Notes under the pieces: generated by a model | Seen by the model: the letters and a program-made list of their open reading frames with translations, nothing else | What the model was told of the DNA's origin: nothing | Database searches by the model: none | Source: Azolla caroliniana | Taxonomy: Eukaryota; Plantae; Polypodiophyta | Assembly: GCA_043228905.1 (NCBI GenBank) | Contig: JBHGNT010000006.1 | Location: 8,370,001 to 8,434,000 of the forward strand | Reading direction: 5' to 3' | Length of the DNA: 64,000 bases | Part shown: one piece after another, positions 1-13,290 of the stretch | Position numbering within the stretch: the stretch's first letter is position 1 | Layout: the number at the start of each line of letters is the position of its first letter | Position numbers and translations under genes: made by a program

Positions 1-3000
1 TTCTCCATCAACTGCTTCCTTATCATTCAGAGTGTGATACTCCCAATTCTGAATGTATGCTTTGTTTAGACAATATCTCCAATTTCCCTGCACACAATGG
101 AAGCAAAAACAAGTCAATTCTCTAACCGCAATACAATGACCATCCAACCTGGAATAACCGCGAACAGCATGCAGAGATCGCAATTCGGGAATTCCTTGGC
201 ACTCCCAGGTCTTCTCCCTATTTACTTCATCTATCTTCACTTCCCAAAATTCACGTTTGATATCTCGAACTTGCGAGGAATAAACACCTGTGGCACTCGT
301 CGACATATTTGTTCTTAAAAATTCAACTACATGTGATGCACAATTCATGTGCACACCATCTGTCTTTAGTTGTTCATGGGTAAGTGCCCGCTTTATAACA
401 ACCCCTGCACCATCGTGTTCACCTTTACCATGGCCAGACCCAAAAAAATTCCATCTCATCTCCAAACCTGTTATAGCAGGATACCTCCCCACAAAATAAA
501 ATGGACGTCGAGCCTTGAATTGTGACGCAGCTCCGTCAGACCAGACCCAATGTTGAGTAAGCTCCAAACGTTGAGCTAATAACCACTGCCAATGTAACTT
601 AAAACAGTGTTGGACGAACAAGGTATCATGCTTCTTATCATCGGAAATAAAGAAATGAATTACTTTTTTAACATCACCTGAAACTCGAAAATATGTTATG
701 TGCACAAAAATGGTTACCTGAACTGAACACCAATGCATAGATTGAATTTCATTCTGCTGCTTGAAAGTATAATTCTCTGCGAAATCTACTACTGAGACTA
801 CTACATCATTTGGGAAATCAGATATGCAAGTCTTAAACTGATGGGCCTGCCATGAATAAATGAAGTTGTGTTTAATGAACTTTCCTAGAGATACTATAAA
901 CAGAGACACCAAATCCCTTGGTTTAAGCATCTTCCGAACTAGATCCTTTCTTTTACACACCTTTCCTTCGAAATTGGTGTTCACTGACTCAAATAACTTC
1001 ACAGAGATCAATATTTCACTACTCAATTCATTTGGACACCACCTAAATCTAGTAGGGCCACAATCTTGACATAAACCCATGACACATTTATGAATATGGA
1101 AGATAGCGTCAGATTCTCTCGGACACAATATTGAATCTAATAAATAACTCATGGAAGAGATAACGTGCTCAGATGATTTACACTCCTCTTGCGGGCTTGA
1201 TCGACAGATTTGGCACCCACATGTGCAAACTGTATTAGTTAGGGATGCGCTATGGTGACGTAGTAGATTAACAGAGTCCTTCAGAAAACCCATCTGTACA
1301 TGGTAAATGCAACAACATGTGTATCGATACTTTAAGCGTCTCACAAAGTGTGGCTTAAGAGACTCGAATGTTCGTAGTTGAACTTTGATAGTTGGATGCA
1401 TTCGTTTGAACCTAATAAATAAATCGACCTGCGTAATAAAGGGGAATTAGTTATTCTCGTAACTAGCTAACTATCCTAGTAGCTAATTAGCTATTCTAGT
1501 AGCTAGTTAGCTATTCTAGTAGCTAATTAGCTATCATGGTAGCTAATTAGTTGTCCTAGTAGCTAATTAGCTATCATGGTAGTTAATTAGCTGTCGTAGT
1601 AGCTAATTAGCTATCATGGTAGCTAATTAGCTATTCTAGTAGCCAATTAGCTATCATAGTAGCTAATTAGCTGTCGTAGTAGCTAATTAGCTATCATGGT
1701 AGCTAATTAGCTGTCCTAGTAGCTAATTGGTTGTCCTAGTAGCTAATTAGCTATCATGGTAGCTAATTAACTGTCGTAGTAGCTAATTAGCTATCATGGT
1801 AGCTAATTAGCTGTCGTAGTAGCTAATTAGCTATCATGGTAGCTAATTAGCTATTCTAGTAGCTAATTAGCTATTCTAGTAGCTAATTAGCTATCATGGT
1901 AGCTAATTAGCTGTCGTAGTAGCTAATTAGCTATCATGGTAGCTAATTAGCTGTCGTAGTAGCTAATTAGCTATCATGGTAGCTAATTAGCTATTCTAGT
2001 AGCTAATTAGCTATTCTAGTAGCTAATTAGCTATTCTAGTAGCTAATTAGCTGTCATGGTAGCTAATTAGCTGTCGTAGTAGCTAATTAGCTATCATGGT
2101 AGCTAATTAGCTGTCCTAGTAGCTAATTAGTTGTCCTAGTAGCTAATTAGCTATAATGGTGGCTGATTAGCTTTCCTAGTAACTAATTAGCTATCATGGT
2201 AGCTAATTAGCTGGTATAGTAGCTAATTAGCTATCATGGTAGCTAATTAGCTGGTATAGTAGCTAATTAGCTATCATGGTAGCTAATTAGCTATCACGGT
2301 GGCTAATTAGCTGTCCTAGTAACTAATTAGCTATCATGGTAGCTAATTAGCTGTCCTAGTAGCTAATTAGTTGTCCTAGTAGCTAATTAGCTATAATGGT
2401 GGCTGATTAGCTTTCCTAGTAACTAATTAGCTATCATGGTAGCTAATTAGCTGGTATAGTAGCTAATTAGCTATCATGGTAGCTAATTAGCTATCACGGT
2501 GGCTAATTAGCTGTCCTAGTAACTAATTAGCTATCATGGTAGCTAATTAGCTGGTCTAGTAGCTAATTAGCTATAATGGTGGCTAATTAGCTATCCTAAC
2601 TAATTAACTATCATGGTAGTAGCTATTGAGAGTAGCCAGTTACCTATGTAGTAGCTATCATAGTAGCTAATTAGCTATCATGGTAGCTAATTAGCTTTCC
2701 TAGTAGCTAATTAGCTGGTAATAACGAAATAGCTAACTAGCTACCATGATAGCTAACTAGCTAGCAGTACAGCTAATTATCTGGTAGTACCTAAATTAGC
2801 TATTGAGAATAGCTAATTAGCTATCATGGTAGTAACTATTGAGAGTAGCTAGTTACCTATGTAGTAGCGATCCTAGTAGCTAACTGAGGTAAATGTAACT
2901 GATAAGCTAATTAGCTTTTCTGCTAACTGAGCTAATTAACTTTCCGAGTAGAGTCAAAACAAATGTTGAGATAAATGTAAATACCTGAGGTACATCAAGA

Positions 3001-3734
3001 AGATGAATGGGATGCTCCTCGTATTGATTTCTTCCAACACGTTTCCTGCATAAATCCTTTTTATTGGGTGAAACCCTACTCTCATTAGTCCAAAACATTG
3101 TGATTACATCCTTGATTTCAAATGTTATGGGTGTCATTGGCTTACATCTTGTAGTTAGCTTTAGTAGACTAGTTCCTTCACCCGAGGAAATTATACGGTT
3201 CATTGTATTGTACACTGTTTTTCTACTAACACCAATTACCTTAGATAGCTCACTGATGTTTATATCGTCAACATCACTATTAAGTAACATCATTAGACTA
3301 GACCTTTTTAAGACAAGATCATCTTCTGACCTGCTCATGGATACGAAACTATTACGAAGATTATTTACTAAAATAGATGATATGTTTGCATTAAGACCAT
3401 CACAATCAACTAAGTCCTTTATCGATGGATCATTACATATTCCATAAAGTACTACCTTCTTTTCTTCATTGCTGATGTGCTTGGTTTGAACATTGAAATA
3501 GTCTACAACCTTTCTCTCTATGATGGTAGTCGCATTACTTACATTCTCAGCTAAACTATCCTTACCTTTACTGAGTGTGGCTTTCGTATCCTTCAACAAT
3601 TGACGATGTTTCCTTTTTTTTTCTGCCCAATAGTTTCGTATGGCTTGTTGTGTCCTGATAACATCATCCCTATCCTTATGATCATTGAGGGGTAATTCTA
3701 AACACCCTTCTTCCCCTTCCATTTGGCTAGACAT
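1..3734 (-). CDS. DDD-type transposase, two exons (3734-2985; 1428-<1), 3'-incomplete; exon 2 is missing from the ORF track
   Basis: Exon 1 is 250 codons ending HLLDVPQ|gtattt. Acceptor cgcag|GTC at 1429/1428 is in phase 0. Exon 2 reads 476 codons with no stop: VDLFIRFK..TCCCIYH..VVDFAENY..EIQSMHW..FISDDKKHD..WSDGAASQFK..WNFFGSGHGKGEHDGAG..TCFCFHC. Three candidate catalytic Asp motifs plus Cys clusters. Confidence 0.88.
1446..2935. repeat. 20-bp tandem minisatellite with palindromic core AGCTAATTAGCT, filling the transposase intron (1429-2984)
   Basis: Units such as AGCTAATTAGCTATCATGGT, AGCTAATTAGCTGTCCTAGT and AGCTAATTAGCTATTCTAGT stay in 20-bp register from about 1480 to 2600 and degenerate at the edges. 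Confidence 0.97.
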
Positions 3735-4070
3735 GTTAAAACCCTAAATTTCCAGAAAAAAAAACAAGTATTAAAGATGGCTATGGGCAACAACAATACA
3801 CAAAAATATTCCACACAATACACAAGATTAGACACAACAATACACAAGATAATCAATAGACAGAAAAGTTATTGCAATCCAAGACCGAACAGTAGAGGAT
3901 TTCACTCTGTTGGATCCAACAGTTGAGGAGGCGATCCAAGACCGACCAATGGCAACAACTGAGTGTAGAATGTTGCCGTTGGATGAGTGAACTCCGTCAA
4001 ATCGAAATGTGGAAGCAATCCGGGACTGGACAGTAGTGGCAACTGAGTATAGAATGATGGCAATGGAGGA

Positions 4071-4800
4071 GAGAACCCCGTCAGATTGAACAGTTACCGA
4101 TGATGCTTGAAACGCACATAGAAGGCACTTGAGAATAGAGTGGCATAGAGAAGAGAACCCCGTCAGATTGAACAGTTACCAATGATGCTTGAAATGCACA
4201 GTAGCGGCCCCTGAGTGAGAGTGGAAAAGAGAAGAGAACCCCGTCAGATTGAACAGTTACCAATGATGCTTGAAACGCACAGTAGCGGCCCCTGAGTGAG
4301 AGTGGAAAAGAGAAGAGAACCCCGTCAGATTGAATAGCTCTTTGATTATGCTTGGAACGCACAGTAGCAACCCCTGAGTGTAGAGTGGCAAAGAGAAGAG
4401 AACCCCGTCAGATTGAACAGCTCTTTGATGATGCTTGGAACGCACAGCAGCGGCCCCTGAGTGTAGAGTGGCACAGAGAAGAGAACCCCCTCAGATTGAA
4501 CAGCTCTTTGATGATGCTTGGAACGCACAGTAATGGCCCCTGAGTGTAGAGTGGCACAGAGAAGAGAACCCCCTCAGATTGAACAGCTCTTTGATGATGC
4601 TTGGAACGCACAGTAATGGCCCCTGAGTGTAGAGTGGCACAGAGAAGAGAACCCCGTCAGATTGAACAGCTCTTTGATGATGCTTGGAATGCACAGTAGT
4701 GGCCCCTGAGTGTAGAGTGTCACAGAGAAGAGAACCCCGTCAGATTGAGCAGCTCTTTGATGATGCTTGGAACGCACAGTAGCAGCCCCTCAGTGTAGAG
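4071..4800. repeat. Subterminal tandem array, about 9 copies of an 81-83 bp unit
   Basis: GAGAACCCCGTCAGATTGAACAG...GATGCTTGGAACGCACAGTAG recurs every 81-83 bp. ORF-track entries here are offset by 83. Confidence 0.95.
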
Positions 4801-5157
4801 TGGCGGCAGGTGGACTCGATAGGGTTTAGCAACAGTGGTAGCAACTAACCCACAGTACTCAACTAGAGATGGCCTACGTGATGTGGCAAAGGATCATGCA
4901 TAATGGACCTAGGAATTCGATATATAATTTATGGTACACATTTATGGTGCACACATCAATTTATGTTGCACATTTATGGCACTCATTTACATATGTAATT
5001 AAAACACTCTAGTATTTTCAATGGTAGTTTTTTGCATACTTAATTTATTAATGATGGCTTTTTACTAAAATGACTATTTATCAATGGTAGCTTTTTGCAT
5101 AGCTAATTAGCTATGTCAAGGACATAGCTAATTGTTTCCACTCGCATGCTTTCACCC

Positions 5158-8100
5158 TATTACTAATACACCTTTTGGGTTATTTACAAGTGTAGCCCAT
5201 AAGGGCATATTTAGACTATTTACAGGTGTAGTCTTCCAAGTAACCCGTTTCCTAACAAACTCCCCCTTCACTCTGGCATGGGGTACTACACCAATCCGAT
5301 CTTCCGTCGGCACGCGCTGAGCTTTTCGGTTGGTAACACTTTAGTCAACATATCTTATCCATTTTCGGCCATGTGGACCTTCACTAGAGTGAACTCCCTT
5401 TCTTCTACCCTCTCCTAGAGCCAATGATACCTCCGTTGGATGTGCTTTGTCCTCGAGTGGTAGGTGGCATTTTTTTGCAAGGTGGATGGCACTCTGATTA
5501 TTGCAATAGAGTCGGAATTCTTCTTGCCGAATTCCCAGCTCACTGATAAACTCCTTCATCCATACGATTTCCTTGCTAGCTTCCGCTGCGGCCATGTACT
5601 TGGCTTCCGTGGTCGACAACGCCACGACCTTCTACAACCTCTATCGCCACGAAACAGCTCCCCCTACATATGCCATTACGTATCCGGAAGTGGATCAGCT
5701 GTTATTTGCATCAGCCGACATGTCTGAATCCGTGTAGCCTTCCAATGTGGGGTTACCTGAGCCGAAACGAAGACACGCACTTGAGGTGCCTCTAAGGTAC
5801 TGAAATATCCATTTCACGGCAGCCCAATGCTCTTTCCCGGGATTGCTCATATATCGGTTGACCACTCCGACAACCTATCCAATATCCGGCCTGGTACACA
5901 CCATTGCGTACATCAAGCTTCCAACTGTCGAGGCATAGGGGACTTTTGACATCTCGGCCTTTTCGGTTTTCGATTTTGTACATTATTCTTTACTCAACTT
6001 GCAGTTCGTCGACAGTGTCGAGCCGACCGGTTTCCTGCCTTCCATGCTAAATCTCTGGAGCACCTTTGTCACATATTTCTCTTGTGACAGCCATAGCAAT
6101 TTCTTTGTTCTGTCTCGAACAATGTGCATACCCAAGATTTGCTTTGTCGGACCCATATCCTTCATCGAGAATGACCCGTTCAAGGCCTTCTTCAGTGCTC
6201 GGATCTTCATATGGTCTCGTCCGACAATTAGCATGTCGTCCACATACAACAAAAGGATGAGGAAATCTCCTCCATCAAACTTCTTCACAAATACGCAATA
6301 ATCAGCCTGCGTTTTGTGGTACCCGTTTTCAGTCATGAAGGATTCGAATTTTCGGTACCATTGCCGTGGAACCTGCTTCAACCTGTACAGGATCTTCCTC
6401 AATCGGCATACCATGTTTTCTTTACCTTTCATTATGAATCCTTCCGGTTGTTGCATATATATCTCCTCTTCGAGATCTCCGTGCAGAAACATTGTCTTGA
6501 CATCCAATTGTTCGACTTCGAGATCCATGCTGGCCGCAATGCTCAGGACGGTTCGGATGGATGTCATTTTCACTACCGGTGCAAATATTTTGTCAAAATC
6601 CACGCCCTTCTTTTGTTGAAACCCTTTTACGACAATTCGTGCTTTGTATCTAGGTGGATTTCGGCCATCTCCTAGTTTCAACTTGTATACCCACTTATTT
6701 CGGAGTGCATTCTTCCCCTTCGGCAACTTGGTTAGTTCGTATGTGTGGTTCTCATGCAAGGAATCCATCTCCTCTTGCATAGGACGTAACCACTCTCGGT
6801 TGTGGATATCTTTCTCAGCTTCTTTGTAGCTTCCGGCTCCCCCTCATCGGTTAGCAGTAAGTACGCTTTCTTCATCCAGAAATCTTCGGAGGGCTCTTTG
6901 CTCTCTAAGGGGGTATCTTCAGCCTACGTTAAGTACGGTTAGTTCGTCTTCAACCTCTTTGTCCAAGTCGATTTCGGTTCCTTGTTCGGTCGAGTCCCCT
7001 TGATCATTAGTCATTTCTCGATTTTGCCGAGTATTAGATCAATCGACTGGTACGGATCATCATCTACACGATCCAGCCGAGCATTGACTCGGCTCGATTC
7101 GGTGGTTGGAAACTTTCTCGTTCTCCCAATCAATCATTGTCTTCTCTTCCATCAAGACAATGTCTCGGCTCCTAATCACCTTCTTCTCGGCTAGGTCCTA
7201 TAGCCGATAGCCAAACTCATCGTCGCCATAACCGAGAAATATGCACGGCCGAGATTTCGGGTCTAATTTCCCCCTCTGGTCCTTTGCCACATGCACAAAA
7301 CCAAGACAACCGAACACCCTCAAATGTCGGTACGACACGTCTTTGCCGCTCCACACCTGTTGTGGAATATCACCGTCCAAGGGTACTAAGGGTGATCGGT
7401 TTATCACATATGTTGTTGTCATTAGCGCCTCAGCCCAGAATGTTTTCGGTAATTTCACATGTGCAAGCATGCTTTGGACTCTCTCCATTATGGTCTGATT
7501 TATTCTCTTGGCCAGAGCATTCAACTCTGGCGTTTTTGGCACGGTATACTCAAGCTAGATTCCTTCTTTTCAGCAATGTTCTTTGAACGGTCCGCGGTAC
7601 TCTCTGCCATTGTTCGTTCGGACTGCCTTCAACTTACGACCGGTTTCTCTCTTGGCCCTCGCTTGGAACTCTTTGAAGATGGATAACACTTGATCCTTCA
7701 TCTTCAGCACGGAAGCCCACAACTTCCGACTATACTCGTCAGATGTAAAGGTCACAAAATATTGTGAACCACTACACGACTTCGAGTCCACGTAGCATAC
7801 ATCCATATGCACGAGTTCCAGTGGTATCTTCTTCCTCATTGGGGGCCTTGTTCGAAAGGATGTTCGATTTTGTTTTCCGGCCAAGCAATCCGTGCATTTC
7901 TCAAGTCGCACGTTCTTCACTTCCGAAATCAGGTTGTCCTCGGCAAGGTTCTGCATCCCCTTTTGGCTGATGTGGCACAACCTCCTGTGCCACAATTCAC
8001 TGACTATTTTAGCTGCCACATTCACTTCCCCACGGCATAATCGAGCATTCATTACGTATAGTGTGTTGGTTTTCTGTGCTCGAGCCATGATTAGGCTCCC

Positions 8101-9785
8101 CTTGCAGAACTTCATGACACCATTCCGGATGTTACCCGTGCCGATCGGCTGATATCAGGTTCAAACGAACCTCTGGAACGTGTCGAACATCTCTCAGCAC
8201 GAGTCTGCAGCCAATTGAGGTCACCAAACACACATCTCCAATGCCAACAAGTCGGCATGCTTCTTCATTTCCCATCTTTACGGATCCGAGATCATCGGCC
8301 CTATACAATGAGAAGCATTTCCAGTCAGGGGTTAGGTGAAATGGCGCACCCGAATCGACCACCCATGTCGATTCATCGCCGACAAGGTTCACTTCATTCT
8401 ACTCACTAATGAGCAGCAACTCCTCCTCACTTGTCTCAATCGCCGAGGTATTCTTGCTTTCCGAAATTTTTGTTGATTGCACACCATCGGCTCCCCCTTT
8501 TTCCTTTCTTAAATGTCGGCAATTCTTTTGAAAGTGCCCAGGCTTCCCGCAATAGAAGCATGTGGACCTTCCTCTCAACTTCGACCTCGTCCTCGACTTG
8601 TCCCTGTTTTGGGGACTCTGATACTGGCCTCTTCCTCGATTGTAGTCATCTTCCGTAACCAAGGCCTTCAGTTAGGTTTCGGACTCCCGGTCCTTTCAGC
8701 GAGCTTCTTCATCTAGCAAGCTTGATTTGACTCTTGCTAGGGACAACTTTTTTCCTTCCGGTCCGACATTGCCCAACGTGACAACTAGCATCTCCCAACT
8801 ATCCGGGAGGGAACCGAGTAGGAGTAATGCGAGTACCTCATCAGCGAGAGGTACTTCCAACGAGGTTGCTTGATGTATTAGCCCCTGGAAGGCATTCATG
8901 TGCTCCGCCATACTGGAGTCGTCTTGGTACCGGAGCCTCACTAGCTTCCGGAATACTGAAACCCGATTAACATCATTCTTGTTCTGGAACATGATGCCCA
9001 TCATCTCCCAGAGTTCATGAGCCTTACTTTCTTCATTGAAATTGTTGTACATGCTCATGTCAATGAAGCACCGGATGTATGCCATCATCTTCATGTACAT
9101 CACCTCCCACACTATGGCGTTGATCTTATCCGGTCTCTTGTCCCTGAACTGCACTGGCAACCAAAGATCTTTAACCACCAGCATATCCCTCATCTTTGAC
9201 TTCCACACTGAGTAGTTGGAACCGGTGAACTTGAACATGCCGCTGAACGATTCTTCCATTTCCTGTGTTGTTCGCTTTGATACCACTTTGTCAAGAATCG
9301 TGACTGGCCACAACCGGTTTATCATTCGGATGTTCGGGTGCAGGGAATGTAAAGTAGAATGCACTTAGACAGAGTATGAAAACAGAAATAGCACAAGAGA
9401 CAGAGACACACGATCTTAACGTGGAAACCCAAAATGGGAAAAACCACGGGGGTCCACAAACCACGGGGGTCCACAAACCCCGAGAAACAGAATCACTATG
9501 CAAAAAGGAGGAGTACAACTAGAAGCTCCGGGGCAACGACCTTGAGATTCTACTTCGTCAACAGACGGCTACACAATTGCACACTCTCTCACTCTCACTC
9601 ACTTACTGTTACATAGTTACAGAGGCAACGACCTTCTAAGTAACTTTTAACAATTACTCATCATCATATTATGATTGCCCTAAGTACTTATACTAGTACA
9701 CCTTTTGGGTTATTTACAAGTGTAGCGCATAAGGGCATATTTAGACTATTTATAGATACAGTCTTCCAAGTTGCCTGTCTACACA
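5158..9785 (-). mobile_element. Ty1/copia LTR retrotransposon A (degenerate); 3' LTR interrupted by the Sola element
   Basis: 5' LTR about 9289-9785; PBS TGGTATCAAAGC ending at 9285; PPT GTGAAGGGGGAG near 5260-5272; 3' LTR remnant 5158-5257 matches about 9690-9785. Confidence 0.92.
5268..9259 (-). pseudogene. copia gag-pol with stops and frameshifts
   Basis: Domain order gag, CCHC (CFYCGKPGHFQKNC), PR (WVVDSGA), GAG-pre-integrase (LWHRRLCH), rve, RT (LLLYVDDML), RNase H. Confidence 0.93.
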
Positions 9786-11877
9786 ATTTTGGTTTCGACC
9801 TCGGCCGAGTTTCTCATCAACTTGGCTCTTCTCTCCCCATCCAGAGGGACCCTTTTCCTAACAAAAACAAATCCATTTGGGTTCAAATCGCCTACGATTA
9901 ATGGCAGTTAATTCCATAACCACACCCAGGGATTCCACTCTTCTTGATTCCATTTGAGATCATATGGCTACTGATGTGTTCGCGAAAGAAGTTTTGGATC
10001 ATATCATCCCGGATCGTGCTTCTTGCTCGAAGTCGCAAAACCCTCGTACTGACTATAGGTAGTTCTATTGGCATGGTGGTTTTCTGTTTTGACAAAACCT
10101 ACTATATGTTCCTGATGGTCCCCCACGCTTGCAAGTCTTACAACATTGTCATGACACACCAATGGCCGGACATTTTGGAGTCGCCAAAACTCTAGAATTA
10201 GTTTCTCGGCGATATTGGTGGCCTCGACTTCGTCATTTTCTGGAGGAGCATGTCTGAAGTTGTGATACATGTTGTCAATCAAAGAGTCCTCGACACCGAT
10301 CATATGGGTTACTACAGCCACTTCCAATTCCTGAAAATCCTTGGAAGTCTATATCCTTGGATTTCATTACCGATCTCCCAGTTTCGAGGGGTTTTGATAC
10401 CATTTTGACCGTGGTCGATTGACTTACCAAAATGGCACATTTTTTGCCATGTACAAAGTCTATTACTAGTCAAGAGATAGTCGATCTAGTTATGCGGGAG
10501 GTATTCAAGCATCATGGTCTCCCAGACGATATTATTAGTGATCGAGGTCCACAATTCATCTCAAAGTTCTGGAAGCACATGTTAAAACTTCTCCAAGTTT
10601 CTGCTAAGATTTCTTCGGGCTGTCATCCAAAGATTAATGGTCAAACCGAGCGTACCAACCAGAATTTGGAGCAATATCTTCATTGTTTCATCAACTATCA
10701 ATAGGATGATTGGGTTCATTTTCTGGACTTGGCTGAATTCACTTATAACAACTCAGTCCATTCGTCTACAAGATATTTTCCATTTTTCGCAAATACAGGT
10801 TCTCATCCTCATTGGACGATGACTGAACACCCCGGAGTTCCTATCAACCCTGCTATTGCGGATCGTCTTAGTCATCTCCAAGAAATTCACGCTACCATTC
10901 TCCACAATTTGTGTGATACTCAAAGTACATACAAGAGGATTGTGGACTGTCATCGCTTAGACTCCTCAGAAACGTTTCATGTCGGGGATCGTGTATGGCT
11001 TCTACAACAAAACATCAAGACCACTAAGCCTTCTGGTGAATTAGATTACCAACAGTTTGGCCCGTACGAGATCACGGGTAAGATAAGCGATGTTGCATTT
11101 CGTCTTGGCCTCCCCCCTCACATGCATCTTCACCCCGTGTTCCATGTCGCCCTTCTCGAACCTTACACCACAAGTTCAATTCCAGGCCATCTTACAACTC
11201 CCTCACCACCAGTAGAGTTTTTGGAAGGACCAGAATTTGAGGTTGTTGCGCAACAAGTTGTATTACTTGGTCGATTGGCTAGGCTATACACCCAATGATC
11301 GAACTTGGGAACCTACAACCAATCTTGTCAATGTTGCGGACATGGTCGACGAATTTCATCGACAATATCCTCATAAGCCAGGTCCTAGTTCAATCCATGG
11401 GGATATTGTCATGATGACACTTACATCCTCATAAGCCAGGTCCTAGTTCAACCCATGCGACCCGTGATATGGGTCGTTGAAGAAGGGGGATAGTGTCATG
11501 ATGACACTTACATACGATTTGAGTTTACAAGGAATCGAACCCACAACCTTGTTATATACGTGTCGAGTTCTTAACCATTGTAATGATATATTTATGTGTA
11601 AAGAGTTTATAAACTATATAGAATATTATAAAGTATTCTAAAGTACTCTATGTTCTAGAATGTTCTAGAATATTCTAGAGTGCTCTATTGTCTAGAACGT
11701 TCTAGAATATTCTAGCATAATCTTTATTCTAGGACTTTCTAGAATACCCTATTAAGACTTATAAATATGCATCTAATAATAAGGGATGATTCACCAATTT
11801 GGTTCAACGCCATTCTAGAGTTCCCTTGTTGTTTACTCATTGTATTCCATCTTCTAGTGCAATACATTATCTTTACA
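9786..11877 (+). mobile_element. Ty3/gypsy chromovirus 3' fragment (integrase, chromodomain, 3' LTR about 11494-11877)
   Basis: HHCC zinc region (HDTPMAGHFG..YWWP..CDTC), rve core ([25 protein letters not shown]), chromodomain YYLVDWLGY..RTWEP, PPT GAAGAAGGGGGA then TGTCA, TTCTAGAA-rich LTR ending TTACA. Confidence 0.88.
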
Positions 11878-12279
11878 ATACTCTCTCTCTCTCTCTCTCT
11901 CGACAATTGGGATGAGAAATTAAATGGGGCATTATGGGTTTATCGCACTTGGGTGAAAGCATGCGAGTGGAAACAATTAGCTATGTCCTTGACATAGCTA
12001 ATTAACTATGCAAAAAGCTACCATTGATAAATAGTCATTTTTGCAAAAAGCTACCATTGATAAATTAGCTATGCAAAAAGCTACCATTGAAAATAGTAGA
12101 GAGTTTTAATTATATAAATGAGCACCATAAATGTGCAACATAAACGTGCAACATAAATTGATATGCGCACCATAAATTATATACCGAATTCCTAGGTCCA
12201 TTATGCATGATCCTTTGCCACATCACATGGGCCATCTTTGGTTGAGTATTCTGGCTTAGATTACTACCACTGTTGCTAA

Positions 12280-13290
12280 ACCCTATTGAGTCCACTCCTC
12301 CATTGCTGCCATTCTACACTCAGTTACAGGCACTATGTGGTCCAAGTATCATCTGCCACTATTTGATCCGACGGAGTTCACTCCTCCATTGTCGCCATTC
12401 TACACTTAGTTGCCACCACCGTTCAGTCCAAGCATCATCTGCCAAGCTCACTCCTCCATTGCCACCACGCTACTGTGAAGGTCATATATTGCTGCCACTT
12501 TTCAATCCGACGGAGTTAACTCCTTCTCCACTACCGTCATTCTACTCTGAGTTGCTATCATTGTGCGTTCCAAGCATCATCTGCCACTGTTCGATCTGAT
12601 GGAGTTCACTCCTCCATTGCCATCATTTTACACTCAGTTGCCACTACTATTCGGTGACCGGTCCTGGATTGCTGCCACTTTTCGATTTGACGGAGTTCAC
12701 TCATCCATTGCCATCATTCTACACTTAGTTGATGCTATTGGTCGGTCATGTATTGCCGCCACTTTTCGATCTGAGGGAGTTCACTCCTTCTCCACTACCG
12801 CCATTGTACTCTCAGTTGTCGTCACTGTGCGTTCCAAGCATCATTTGCCATTGTTCGATCTGACGGAGTTCACTCCTCCATTGCCATCATTCTACACTTA
12901 GTTTCCGCTACTATTCAGTCCTAGATTGCTGCCACTTTTCGATTTGACAGAGTTCATTCATCCATTGCCATCATTCTACACTTAGTTGCCACTATTGTTC
13001 GATCATGTATTGCTACCACTTTTCGATCCGAAGGAGTTCACTCCTCCACTGCTGCCATTCTACTCTCAGTTGTCGTCATTGTGCATTCCAAGCATCATCT
13101 ACCACTGTTCGATCCGACGGAATTCACTCCTCCATTGCCATCATTCTACACTCAGTTGTCGCCATTGTTCGGTCCTAGATTGTCAAAACTGTTCGATCAA
13201 ACGGAGTTCACTCCTCCACTGCCGCCATTCTACACTCGGTTGTTGCCACTATTCGGCCCTGGATTACCACCACTGTTCGGTCTTGGATTT
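12280..13290. repeat. Diverged subterminal array of Sola copy 2 (about 80-90 bp units)
   Basis: Recurrent CGGAGTTCACTCCTCCATTGCCATCATTCTACACTCAGTTG, related to the reverse complement of 3890-4800. Confidence 0.85.

Larger units (their letters stand above)
1..5157 (-). mobile_element. Sola-like (probably Sola2) DNA transposon, copy 1; other end lies off the left edge
   Basis: Terminus 5'-GGGTGAAAGCATGCGAGTGGAAACAATTAGCTATGTCCTTGACATAGC (minus strand, from 5157) is shared with the copy starting at 11951, and homology stops exactly there. Contains a subterminal 81-83 bp array and a DDD transposase gene. Inserted into the 3' LTR of a copia element. Confidence 0.8.

Noticed and set aside
4081-4777. 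Short repetitive ORFs (also 12273-13312, 25097-25570, 27725-28138, 30431-31037)
   Set aside because: By-products of tandem repeats, with no domain signal.
1446-4800. 20-bp and 83-bp arrays as CRISPR-like repeat-spacer arrays
   Set aside because: The variable parts are short and related to each other, not unique spacers; there are no cas genes and the context is eukaryotic.
11881-11950. (CT)n plus DNWDEKLNGALWVYRT
   Set aside because: About 50 bp of gypsy integrase remnant; too short to annotate as an element.
5157-11951. One composite TIR element enclosing 5158-11950
   Set aside because: The termini point outward into their own transposase genes, so the intervening DNA is flanking sequence.
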